Assembly: GCA_964106915.2 (NCBI GenBank)
Contig: OZ066918.1
DNA length: 64,000 bases
Strand: one strand, 5' to 3'
DNA from: Podarcis gaigeae
Lineage: Eukaryota
The notes beneath the pieces were generated by a model. It saw only the letters and a list, made by a program, of their open reading frames with translations. It was not told where the DNA came from and ran no database searches. Both the position numbers and the translations under genes were made by a program. Below are positions 27,720 through 39,510 of the stretch, in pieces. The first letter of the stretch is position 1. Every line of letters begins with the position of its first letter.

Positions 27720-28796
27720 TTTATTGGAGCACAGAGAAGGTAGACTTTGACAGAGGAAGGGAAGGTGAGCTAAGCAGTTCCTGCTTCAGTCAATGTGAAA
27801 TTTGGCATAGGCAGTGTACGTGTTGAATGAACTAGACACTGAAAATGTGGATAGGAGCACTTGGTCACCATATCAGCACCTTGGGGATCCAGGAGTTTCA
27901 GGCCAGTGGAGAGATGCTGAAGAACCTAATGTAGGAGCTTAGTTAACCTACTGGAATCAGGGGAAAATGGGTTCCTCTGATACACAACAACTGTATTAGC
28001 AATAAAAGCAGAGGGCACTCTCTTTTATTGGTCCTATGGAGTGGGGGTGGGGAATCAATGGCATATATTCATATCCTTAATCCCCAGAGTCTTAGAACAG
28101 GGCAGTAGGAATAGCAGAGGTGAGCTCATAGAGGTAACTCTAGGAACTCCGGAGACCAGGTGTTTTAGGCAGGACACTGCGAAACCTCTTGAAGAGAATC
28201 TCTTGGAAGCACCATTCAGTCAGGAGGCCCTAACTCAGAGTGAAGGGCAGAGACTTCAGCTGTTAATTTCCACAACAGTTTGAGATGGGACTGGCAATAC
28301 ACAGGGGCAACAGATGCAAAGCACCCAAGTCAAGCAGATAACTTATAGACAGAAGTTCAGTCAATCTGCCCCTTATTATAAAGGACTTAGTTCCCATGGC
28401 CTGCACTACTTTCTCTTCCTCGGCATCTGTCCATCATCAGACAGGTTGCAGAGAATCAGAAGGATGAGCTCTCCCAACAACACTGTTTTGCTCTAATTTT
28501 GCTCACTTGGGGGAAAACTCTTATCCCTGCACAATAGTTGCTGCACAGAGAAAAGCGAGAAAAAGCGGTAACTACAGATTTCTCTTCCTCACTCCCAACT
28601 CCACAGTGTAGTCAACATCACCAGTTCTCTGTGCTCAGGAATGTGGGACAAGTCCAGTTCTTCCCTTGATGATTCCTGGGGAAAACCACACAAGCACTAG
28701 GGATAGACCACCCCACAATCAGGAGTTACAGCCAATGCTGGGGAAAGGGACTCAGTGATGCCAGGACTGGCCAGGAAGCAGGATGGAAACTCCGCT
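27720..28796 (-). other. ARMH3: Probable ARMH3 3'UTR with candidate polyadenylation signals
   Basis: Lies downstream of the stop codon; minus-strand AATAAA at 28029-28024 and 27725-27720. The true 3' end cannot be determined from sequence alone. Confidence 0.45.
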
Positions 28797-28889
28797 TCAG
28801 GAGATGGTTGAGAATTCTTTAAGCAAGGTCTCCTGGCTGAGAGTGTTGAAGGCCAGATTTCGCCGGACATTGATGCTGATGGATCGAAC
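28797..28889 (-). CDS. ARMH3: Armadillo-like helical domain-containing protein 3 (C10orf76), last coding exon
   Basis: Acceptor ctctctcacacag| then [30 protein letters not shown] (93 nt, TGA at 28799-28797); matches the recalled ARMH3 C-terminus (...LLKEFSTIS). Confidence 0.93.
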   Translation of the reverse strand, partial: VRSISINVRRNLAFNTLSQETLLKEFSTIS

Positions 28890-30833
28890 CTGTGTGAGAG
28901 AGAACAGTCATTTCATATACCACTTACACAGACCAGCACCTCTGGCACTGAAGGAGACCCCTGATAGGTGAGCTTTTGTTGAAACGTGATTGGCTCAGGG
29001 AAGAAAGCCTACCAACAAACTAAGACTTTCAACTACCACAAGGATGTTCAGTCAGATCAAAACAGCTTATGAATCTCTCTCATGCAATCTACCCAGGTGC
29101 AGAGATGGCTGAAAAATTTCCTTCCTCAGTCTATCTTTGTGTCTCGGGTGGTTCAGAGCTTGTGGGCCAAGACAGAGCTCTTGGGAATTGGGTGCATTCA
29201 ACCCAGAGGTAAATTGGAGGAAGAATGTGGTGGCGAGGTCAGGATTAGAGCTAGTGGAGATCCAATAGCAGTGGGAAGACAGAGTGGGAAATTGGCTAGA
29301 TGCAAGGTTGGCAGGACTGTGAACAGCTCCCAGGCATGCAGCTTTCAGTACACAACTGAGCCACAAGTGGTGCAAGCCCCGAGTCCTGGATGGATGTTTA
29401 CTGTTTTGAAGTCCAATAAGGTTTCTTCTGCATCCTGCACAAGCCAGGAGAAGAAACTTAAGAGCTTGTACTCTCCTCCTTTATCTGTGTTTTTAAATGG
29501 AATTCACTGTAATGATATGTGGCAAGGACCACTGGTTTCAATGGTTTTAAAAGAGGACTGGGAAAAGCCATGGGTGATAGGTCTGTTAAGTCATGACAGC
29601 TGCCTTCAGGGACACTGTAAGAAACAGAATGCTGAACTAGTTGAACCTTTTGTGTTTCCATCTAGATCACCTTCTATTGTAGTCATAGATAAATGTACAT
29701 AATTCTGCATAAAAATTCAGAACACAGCAATCAAAATAAACAGTGCAGATCTGGGACATTTTCATAATTTAATGTTGAACATGTTTGGTTCAGAGTATGT
29801 ACCCCCTTACTATTAAATAGGGCAGCAGATCTTAACTGGTAAATAATGGGATTTTGTCAACATACAACCAAATCAGGTCAATTGGATTCTTCCCTTCTGC
29901 TTTGATAGCAAACTCAGGAAATACACAAAACATTTATTGTAGTTCTCAGAGATTGGCTTGTAAGAGGCTCAAGAAGTCTCTAGAGAAATAGGGATTAAAC
30001 TGGTTGCATTTGTTCAATCATCAGATGAAGAATAATGACGAAAGCTTCCTTGTCTTCATTCAACTGGGAAGAGAGTCCATTTGAACATTTCTGATAGAAA
30101 AACTGGAGGAAGGAAGACTGCTGGCAATTGTGTTAGCTATACTCGGTGAAACTGAATCTAAACTACTAGCATTTAGGAGATGGACTCTGGAAAAAGTATA
30201 ATCTCAGAAAATTGGAAAAAGCAAATCTGCATTTTAATCAAGGGAAATGTAAAGTTAGTGAACAGCAGGGCATACTGAGCAGCAACAATTCCTGAAAGAA
30301 GGGGGGGGGGGAGAACTTAGGCAGCACACACAGCTGATACACAAAAAGTAGCAGAGAACATAGTACAAGGGAAGGGGAATATGCCACCTGCTTGTATGAA
30401 TGCACAGATCAGGACAACCATGGCTGTTTCTGAAAATGGCTGTTTCAAGCTTCTGTGTTTGGCAATTTCCCTCTTGGGAAATTCAAATGAAAAACCACCC
30501 TTATTCATGTTCTGTCAATGGAACTATTGGAACATGCTCATCTGATGAGCTGCTGGCAGGTTCAATCAGCACGAGATTTCTCTGGCTCTCTCCTTTAGGA
30601 ACATGCAGAAAAAGAGTGCAATAAACCCTGAGATGGAGTTAAAACCTTCTTTCTCTAACCATGTCTTGCCAGCATCCTGTTCAAAGTGACCTAAGGAAAA
30701 GTACACTAGTTTGTCACCTGTGCCAGTCATATTTCTGGATAATAAAAGGGACGTTCTGGCTGTGCTGTGGCTGCTCTGCAAAGTAGACCATGGGCCAAGA
30801 CTTTGAGGCTCCTACTCACGAGCTGAAACTCAC

Positions 30834-30950
30834 CAGTTCTTTAAAGAAAGCAGCTTCTTTGTGTTGCTCCGAGTAACGTTCATATTGGTCCAGCCCATCC
30901 TGCAACTTTAGGGTGAGGGTGTCGTAGTTGGAGCGCACCACTTCCAAAAC
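30834..30950 (-). CDS. ARMH3: ARMH3 penultimate coding exon
   Basis: tgcag|[39 protein letters not shown]|gtgagt; 117 nt, phase 0/0, joins in frame to both neighbouring exons. Confidence 0.95.
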
Positions 30951-32115
30951 CTGCACCAGAAATACACAATGAGAAAGAAGAATCAGCTTGTTGAAAATTG
31001 TTCAATCTACAGCATTCAGCAGTGAGCGTACAGGAATCCTACTGCCTTAATGGGAAATGAGGATGGAAGAGGAATCTGCCAAACTTGGAGGAGCTCTGCC
31101 AAGTAGATCTATAAAAATGTGCTGCCTAGCACCTCGAAGATGCTCTCCACAGGTGCAATCTATGCACTACACAACAGAGAATAGGGCGGTGCAGTGGAAG
31201 AATAAATGTTGATGTGCCGCAAGGTCACTTCTGAATAGTTTTGTCAGCAATCCTGCTGTTGCTAGAACAGGCTGCCTCCTCTGAAAACAGCCTCCTTCCT
31301 TGATTCTGTTTGTCAGGTTTACTGGCAGTGAGGAAAAAATCGCCAGCAGTAACAGCTATCTACAGATTCAATTGGCCATTTTCTTGCATATGTGCCGAGG
31401 TTGCGATGGGAATAATAAGTGTTTGAAAGCGTAGACCTCGAAGCACAGAGATCAGACCCAGGAGGAAGAATAATTCACTCCCAAATGCAACTAGCCACTA
31501 GGGACTGAGCATAATCGAATAATACACCCTCTGCCAGACAGTTAAATAGAAAGCTATCACCACAGCTCCATGAATCAGAACTCTGTCCTCTTGCCAACTG
31601 TACAGATTCAAGTCATCTGCAATTAACCACAGAGAGAAGGTGAAGTGTACTTGAAAGGAAGGAGGCTCTGAACAAAGCTGTCTTCTGAATGTGTGCTTCA
31701 AGGCAGTGTGTACAAGGTTCTCACCTGTTTAGCTTCTTCTTACCATGACACATTGAAAAAGCTACCATGATCTTATTTTTAAATGCCTGAGGAGGCAGTG
31801 AGAATGCAAGAGTTTGCACACACAAGTTCTCAACACTGGGTTTTTTTAAATTTAAAAAAGGCATATTAAGTTTAGTATCAATTACTTTCCTTTCATATTT
31901 AAATGGTTGTCTGTTCCTGGGCATTGACCTGAAGTCTCTGACATCATTTCTGGCTGGGCTTTCTTGCTGTTGTGCAACACATAAGTCACATCAGCCTCCT
32001 ACTGCTGCACATGAAGTTCTGTTGTTTAAGGGCATTCTCAGTAGTGACCTCCCCAGCCATATGTGAAATGTTCTCCCCAGGGAAATGCACCTGGTGCCAT
32101 CATTATTACTCAGAC

Positions 32116-32447
32116 CAGGGGTCTGCAACCTTTAAGACAAAAAGAGCCACTTGGACCCGTTTCCGAAGGAAAAAAAAGCTGGGAGCCGCAAAACCATTTA
32201 GACATTTAAAACAAATATATCTCCGGAGCCGCGATCTGACAGCGGGCGGGAAGGTGACGTCAGGACGGTGCATGACTAACGCATGCACCGCCCCCATGCA
32301 ACGTCACAGCCAGTACAGCGCCCACCACAGTGGGGAGTGTAGGGGTGCACAATGCGCCTCCTCCCCTCGCTAGTATCCGCCCCGGAGCCACGGCAAAGGT
32401 GTAAAAGAGCCACATGCGGCTCCGGAGCCGCGGGTTGCAGACCCCTG
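32116..32447. mobile_element. Non-autonomous hAT (Charlie-like) DNA transposon, young
   Basis: Perfect 15-bp TIRs CAGGGGTCTGCAACC / GGTTGCAGACCCCTG, perfect 8-bp TSD ACTCAGAC (32108-32115, 32448-32455), and a CpG-rich interior. Confidence 0.9.
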
Positions 32448-34057
32448 ACTCAGACCGTTGCTAATCGTTGGCTCCCATGGTGATGGTCACCTTTAGTGGG
32501 GTGGATAAATGCTTTAAGTATTTTGGATTTCATTGTTTTAAATTTTCTGGTTTTAATTGTTTTATCTGTGGTCTGTTATCTTGTTAAGTTGCTTTGAGAC
32601 TTTCTTTTGTGTAAATCAGCTAACAAATATAAGTAATAACAACAAGTCCAGCAGCAAACAGAGGCGTGTATTCCAAGCCTCTCAGGAAAAAAACCTCAGA
32701 AAGAGACAAAGCTTAATTGTCCCTGTTGGATTGGCACAGCTTTTAAACAGATCACCTCACTTTCTGAAGATGTGTAAGCGTCAATTTGTGGGCAGAGATG
32801 GCACACAAAATACCTGTTAGGAGCTTTGCAAAAAGAGAGGTCCAGCAGGCAGGGGAATAGCTGCAATGGTTTTTAAGCCAAGAACACGGCAGGGAGCAGC
32901 TCTTCCACAAATCTCAGTTCCCCATTCTTACACTCTGTCGAGGACCAGTATTTATACCCTGGCATTTGCAGTGGTTTTGCCTGAACCGTCTTCTCTTTCC
33001 ACAAGTGACAAATGCAGTTTAGAATTTATGTAACTTGAAGATCTAGGCTGAGGCCACTCACAGCAGGAACAGAGCTGGCTCCTTTGATAAATCTGCTATG
33101 TTCTTCTTTCAGATAAACCCTGCTCCAGATTTCTCTGCAGCTTGTCCCCCCCCCCCGAAGTAGCAACTACCACCCTGCTACTGCCTGCCGTATCTTAGGG
33201 ATGCAAGATGTGGGTGGGTCAATCCCTGAACAAGCCGCAACTTGTGGCAACAGTCTTGCACATTACCAATTTCTCTGCATCTCAGTAAGTAGGAAAAACA
33301 CTTGAGTTGCAAGTGACAATCTGCAATACAGGAGGCTGTCTAAGTGAGCATCACATTACAGTTGCTATGGAGCAAATGAAGGGTGTCAGTCCAAGAATTT
33401 TTAGGAACAGGCTGGTTTTGTCCACTTGGTGGAAATCCTCACTACTGTCAAAGATTTAGACATGCTGTTCTCATGAACCAAGAGGCCATGATGTTCTCTG
33501 CAAAAATGAATTGTTTCCCAATCATTCCAAAAGACAGATTTTTGTCCATGTATAGAAGAAACATGGATCTTATTAAGCAACTTGTGAGACTTTAAGCTCT
33601 TGTGCTTGTATGGTCAAATACAGTTTTGCAAATAAGAAGATCAGGTAACTATTGCAACTCAGCCATGTTGTTGTTTCTGGAACTACAGTCAGAGATGCTG
33701 ATCTGAGGCAGGTACTAGACCTCTTGCACAGTGAGTTAAAAAACAAACAAACATCTATCCCAGCCACATTGGTATCCTATTAATATGGAAGGCAGAGACA
33801 GCATCCAAAACACATCACCAGTATGATAATTGAATGAACTTCTTGAACTATCAAGGGAACATAGAGGTGCAAAAAGGCTGTTTCTGATGGAATAAAATCC
33901 TACTGAATGACTTTATATTTTATAGTGTTAGAATACATTTCCTGATAAATCAGTATTGGCTTTCCTAATATAAACATCACATGGCAGGACAGAGTCTCAA
34001 ACAAAGATGATCTCTTCTAAGCCAACATTCTCAGCATGTTCATGCTTCTGTCTCAGT

Positions 34058-34448
34058 GACATCTACACTGGCTTGGTCTTGGACACAGAATGGAAGATGG
34101 CAGGATCCCCAAGGAGCTGGCTCCAGGCTCTAAGCCTGCTGGCAGATCATGTTATAAAGATGTCTGCAAACATGATATGAAGGCTGGCAACATTAAAACT
34201 GCAATGTCTGGAGACAGTCAGCAGTGACAAGAGGAGAAATGACCACTAGGAGGACCACAGAGAGAAGACATACCATAGTACACATGCATCAGCAGAAGCA
34301 GACACCTTCATCTGCCCCAGCTGCATCAAAACATGTCTCTTTCATATTGGTCTCTACAGCTACAGCAGGTGCTGTAACTCCCCAACAATTTGACTTACCC
34401 TTAATGGCACATTCTTCCATTGCCTATCGAGACAGATGGATGTCAACA
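34058..34448 (+). mobile_element. RTE-clade LINE 3' fragment, degraded
   Basis: Remnant reading LHWLGLGHRMEDGRIPK...YKDVCKHDMK plus decayed zinc-finger FICPSC..TCL..IGLYS..RC, typical of RTE ORF C-termini. Confidence 0.7.
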
Positions 34449-36289
34449 ATATCAAAAGATGGTGTTTGGGGCATGTGTGCTATGAATGTGCCTGATTTGG
34501 GTAATTGGCACTAAAAAAATTCAGATTATTACATTCTGCGTATCAGGAACACTTCTATATAAAACGTCACAGGTTTTAACCATGCTATGCACCCATCAAG
34601 GGTACTTCAGGGTGGGGCTATAGTCTAAATGCTCTTTCATGAGTCACATTTCTTGTGCACATGTAAAGATAGCCTGTTTGTTGCAACATTTGAAAATGAT
34701 GTTCCTTATGAGGAGGAAACCTGTCAGATTCTTGCTTTAAGAAGGAACTTGTAACCATTTTCACACAGGTATGTATTGTTGAAGATTAGATCTATCTTTC
34801 ACCATGTTATCACTGAATAGGCCTTCACTCCATGACCTCTCTTATAGGTTTAGTAACAAGAAAAAATAAATGCCCCACGGCAAGGAAATAATTGTAGCTC
34901 TGGGGACTGTGGAACTGCATATATGGGAAATCGAAAAGTGTTAAGATTTTAATAGCTACCTTGGAAACAAGGAAGGTTGTGCAATTAGTGCCCCTATTTT
35001 GCTTTCCCCCCTCCTAATTTGAGCACACAAAGGGGGTCATACGAACTCGCAGTAATATCTGTCATGAGGTTATTTCAGAAACAGCTGAGAAGATAGGCCA
35101 AGGATGCAATTGCCTTAGTTTCTTTTGAAAGTGGCAACCTATATTATCCCTGTAACAGAAAGCTGATGGAAGTTATAGTCCAAAACACATCCGGCACACA
35201 CCAGGTTGGGGAAGACCATCCTAACCAAAGCCCTTTCAAAGCAAAATATAATGAACTGCTAGACCTGCAGTGTTTACCTTCCAGAATACAGCTAGATGGG
35301 ACAGATCAGCCCAATGTTTAATTTAAACAGCTATTTCCTATGCATTCTTCCAAAACAAATAAAGTTAATTAAGCACTGTATGTCACAAAAATGGTCCTAC
35401 ACTTAACATGCCAATCCATTATCCAAAAGCATGTCTCTGGAAACTATTAGCTGCTAATATAATTTCTTCCTGTAATTGAAAGACTTATCACTTTAACTGG
35501 AAAGAAGTGACTGCATCTGTACATAAAACAACAGATAATTGACAAATTTTACAAGAGTGTTCTAATTAATACAGAAAAAGCTGGAAAATTGTATCAGTCT
35601 GCAGACAGCATCTTAAGAATTTGCTGATGCAGCTGAAGTCTCTGCTGGAATTAATTCCTAGAAGCAGCAATATAAAGTATGTAACTAAATAATTAGATGT
35701 TAAATAAAAACAAAACACTCAGCATATTTTGTAACTGTTTCTAGATTTCTAGACTGTGACTGGACCACCCACAATATTCATCTGAGATCCATTAACAGTG
35801 TTCAGCTCAATTCCACCAAAATCCCAATTCCTCACTCGAGTAATTGTTTACTAAATTAAATTTGCATACTTTCTGAACTATTGTGTAATTTACTGCAACA
35901 TTTAGTCTTTCATAGTGTGCTGAACATTTAGGTGAGGCCTTGGGGAAGCGAGAAAGCAAGGTAAAAGGTAATATATAACTGCACAAATGACAAGGGAAGG
36001 GAATTGTGCATAAACACTACTCCTGACCAAGAGAAGCTTTGTCCAAGTTTCCATGGTTTCTACTTTTTTAAAAAATCCCTCCCCCAACTTCTTTTCAATT
36101 CAGCCTAATGTTCCTTAGAGCACTCAACACATTAACAAGCATCGTGTTATCTCAGCAAATGAAGAAGTAGTGAATGTATCTGAATCTAGTTTCATTTAAG
36201 GTATTTATTAAGGAACATACATTAGAACCATTGCATGAATGGCCCTTCACAGTTATGGCTAGTGTACAGTGTCCGTTCCTAGAAATTTC

Positions 36290-36945
36290 AGATCTGGCCA
36301 TATGACACATGTCTTGGTTACATTTCATCTGGACTACTGTATTTTCACTCTGTGTAGGGTTGCCTAGGTAGAGTGCTTCGAAACTTCAGCTGGTTCAGAA
36401 TGCTGCAGCCAAGATGCTAACCGGGGCTGGTTATAGGCAGTATGTGACTTTCTTCATACAACATCTTCACTGGCCAACAGTCTATTTCCAAGTGCAATTC
36501 AAACTGCTGGTGATGCTCAACAATGCCTTAAACAGCTTTGGTTGAGGTGACCCTAAGGACCACTTTCTCCCATACAAACGTGCCTGGGTTTAAAGATCTA
36601 TAGAAGAGGCTCCTCTCTCTGTCCTGCCACCATTCATTTGGTGGAACTTGAAAAGGGTCCTTTTTAGTGGCTGCACAGGCCCTGGAACTCCCTTCTTAGG
36701 AAGCCTTATTTCTCTAGCGATCTTTTGACAAGTGAACACCTTTCTAATTAGACAGGCTTTTGGCCAGTTCCACTGATCTGTTTCATCTACTGCCTGCCTT
36801 TTGTTAAATAGCCACTGCTTTATTGATCTATTTTTTACTTGTTCTATAAACAGCTTAGTATTTTGTGCAATTACTTTATTCTGCATTGTATCTCATTTGT
36901 TGTTGTTATCTTGAACACTATTGTGTGGAAAGGCGGAATAGAAAT
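36290..36945 (+). mobile_element. L2 LINE 3' fragment, old
   Basis: Remnant HVLVTFHLDYC...GLP...RKLQLVQNAAAKMLTG...LHW, matching the L2 ORF2 post-RT region, followed by a T-rich 3'UTR. Confidence 0.75.
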
Positions 36946-37876
36946 TTAAAGCAGTAGCCCTGGACTAAAACCAGCATCCACAATAGTTACATAGTTAGCA
37001 CCTGATCAATCGAAGTGCCCTGCTCCGTTTTATTGTAGAGGCATAGAACACACAATGCCAGAATTTGAAGCAGGAGACCACTTTTCCACAGACAAATATG
37101 CTGAGCTGTAGACAGAATGGCTAAGCAGGCTGTGGTTCATGATCCAAATTGAAAGGTTTTTACAGCAGTGCTGTTTCAGACTATCAGCAGTTATCCGTAC
37201 GACTAACCACAGAATCAAGTCATTCTCGTGTGTTAGTTCAAGCAGATGGAGCTATCAGTTGAGTCTCACTACATTCTTCAGATAATGTACTACGGATGCT
37301 AAACTCAACTAGCAGAAATTACAAATGAGTAGAAGTAGGACCAAACTGGGGGAGGGGGGGAGGAGGAGGAGGAGGAGAAGGAGAAGGAGAATCTTCTTAT
37401 GCATGGTATTTGGGGAAGACAGATTACTGTCCTAGAGTCCAGCTCCTCCCTCAGGCATGCCTAGCAAGTATGCTGAAATGGTCTCACTCTGTGTGGGTGT
37501 GTGGGTGTACCATTCTGGCAACAGTAAAGTAGCTGGAGCCCTTTAAAGAGGATACACAACTGAACCTGGCAAGACATTCTCTTCCCAGACAAATTTGGCT
37601 CTTTTTACTTTAGCTGTGCTCTCTATTGTTTACTGTATACATTCATTAGTTCAGCTGGAAGGAACACATATGAATTAAGTGTTCATAGCTTTTAAAAACA
37701 TCCCTCAGTAGCCAAAGTCAATGATTTGCATTAACCAAGGGCATACTTTCCAAAATAAACTAAATATTTGCCAACCTCAAAATTGTTAAAACAAAATTGC
37801 ATTGCCACCTGGGCCTAGTTTGCATTTTCAATGCAACAAAGAATTTCTGGTGACTGATAAAATTCATGGGAATTTT

Positions 37877-38261
37877 GTTGTAGTAATGGGTGGCTTCAAG
37901 TATCCTCACATAAAAAGGCTGCATATGTGTTCCACCTATGACAAAAGGTAAAATGTCTAGACTCCCTAAATGACTGTGCTGTAGAACTGTTGGCCATCAA
38001 CATGGATGGCTTTAAAATAGGATTATCATGGAGAAGAAGGCTGTCAATGCTACTAGCCATGATGGCTATGCTCTGCCTCCATGGTTGGAAGCAGTATGCT
38101 TCTGAATATCAATTGCTGGAATCCACAAAAGAGGCAAGTGCTTTTGTGCTCGGGTCCTATTTGCTGATTTCCCAACCAGCATCTGGTTGGTCAATGTGAT
38201 GACTGGATGCTGGACTTTATGGTCCATTGGCCTGATCCAACAAATGCTTCTTATGTTCTTA
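37877..38261 (+). mobile_element. CR1 LINE remnant (short endonuclease piece abutting the 3' end)
   Basis: VVVMGGFKYPHI (cf. VMGDFNYP) followed by a CR1-type 3'UTR ending GGTCCATTGGCCTGATCCAAC...CTTATGTTCTT. Confidence 0.65.
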
Positions 38262-38957
38262 AGATTTCATGCCCATTTCCAGATTCTTTCAAATGAAGGT
38301 GATACACGGCTGCTCACCATCAACTCTACTCCTCGCTGAAGCAGGGGCAAGAGCTTGTCTGACATCATCTTGAACTTTGGGTTGTGCTGCAAGTGCCTCC
38401 AAAGAATAACTTGATAGCAGAGGGAAACCTCTGCCCTTCTCCCAAGCTCAGAGCTAGAGAAGGAATTGGGGCTCATACTCACCAGAGAGAGGAGCAACAC
38501 TCCCATGATAAGTGAATTTGGATAGCGTTCTATTACATGAAATTCTGAGGCTAACAAGAATATACCCCTAAATGGCAAGTAAATGGCTTTGACAGAATTA
38601 GAACAATATTGTCCTTTTCTTCCTGATCCCTCCTCTCTGATGGAAAAGAATAACACCTTGGGAAAATTATCAGAGACAGAATTAGAGCAAAACTGTCCTA
38701 TTTGTTCCTCTAGTGGAGAGGAACAACACGTTAGGAGTTTTCGGGCAGTATTTCTTACATTTTTTTAACAAACTGGATCTTGCAACCAAAGGATACATAG
38801 CATTAATAGAAATGGGTGGGCTGGAACAGGCACTCTCATCTTCCAATGAAGAGCTAATAACTTATTAGAACACCAGAATCTTTTTGACACTTCCTATTTT
38901 ACATTTTCTTTCATGGGAATGTTCCTAACCAAATCATGAATGTGACTAACACCATAT

Positions 38958-39510
38958 TGTAGGGATTTTGGATACAGAGATTAGGACTCAGACTCGTTAG
39001 CCTCCAAAAAGGGATGCATATGTCCTCTTCCAGTCAGCTGTAAGGCAAGGCAGGAGCTGCAGAACCATGGATAGCTCTGAGCAAGCAACTTACTCATTCA
39101 ACAAAGGTTGAGAGCAGACTGAGTCTTCTTTAGTCTCTGCTACCCAGACTGCCTTTCCCAGGCTCCTTGCCTTTGTGGATAACTTTAGATTTTAAAGGGC
39201 CAATCCTCTGCCTGGAAGACAGGCACTCTTCCTCTGTTCCATAGCCTCCTGCCTATGTTCCCCCCTGTGCTGCTATTGTGAGAGGCATTTTGTTCCTCAG
39301 GCTCAGGGGGAAGGCTCCCATTAGGGTCTTGGCTCTGGTCCTATAGATCCTGGTGGTGTGAGAGATTGTTCTGGGTGCTCCTGTCAGTCAGCCTCACTGG
39401 TCTTCCAATCTCCAACAGCAGGCTCAGAGCCCTAAATCTGGTTCAGCTCCTTAGCTGCAGCCTCTGCAGCCTCAGAATCTGGTTTGCTGCTAGACTCTAG
39501 AGTCATGACA
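38958..39510 (-). mobile_element. Possible solo LTR
   Basis: About 550 bp bounded by TGT...CATGACA, with composition mirroring 51685-52261; no clean TSD. Confidence 0.35.

Noticed and set aside
27872-27890. Second RE1-like site TCAGCACCTTGGGGAT
   Set aside because: The right half-site deviates too much from GGACAG/GGAGAG.
29082-29702. 206-aa plus-strand ORF
   Set aside because: Antisense within the last ARMH3 intron, with no recognisable homology or supporting signals; likely chance.
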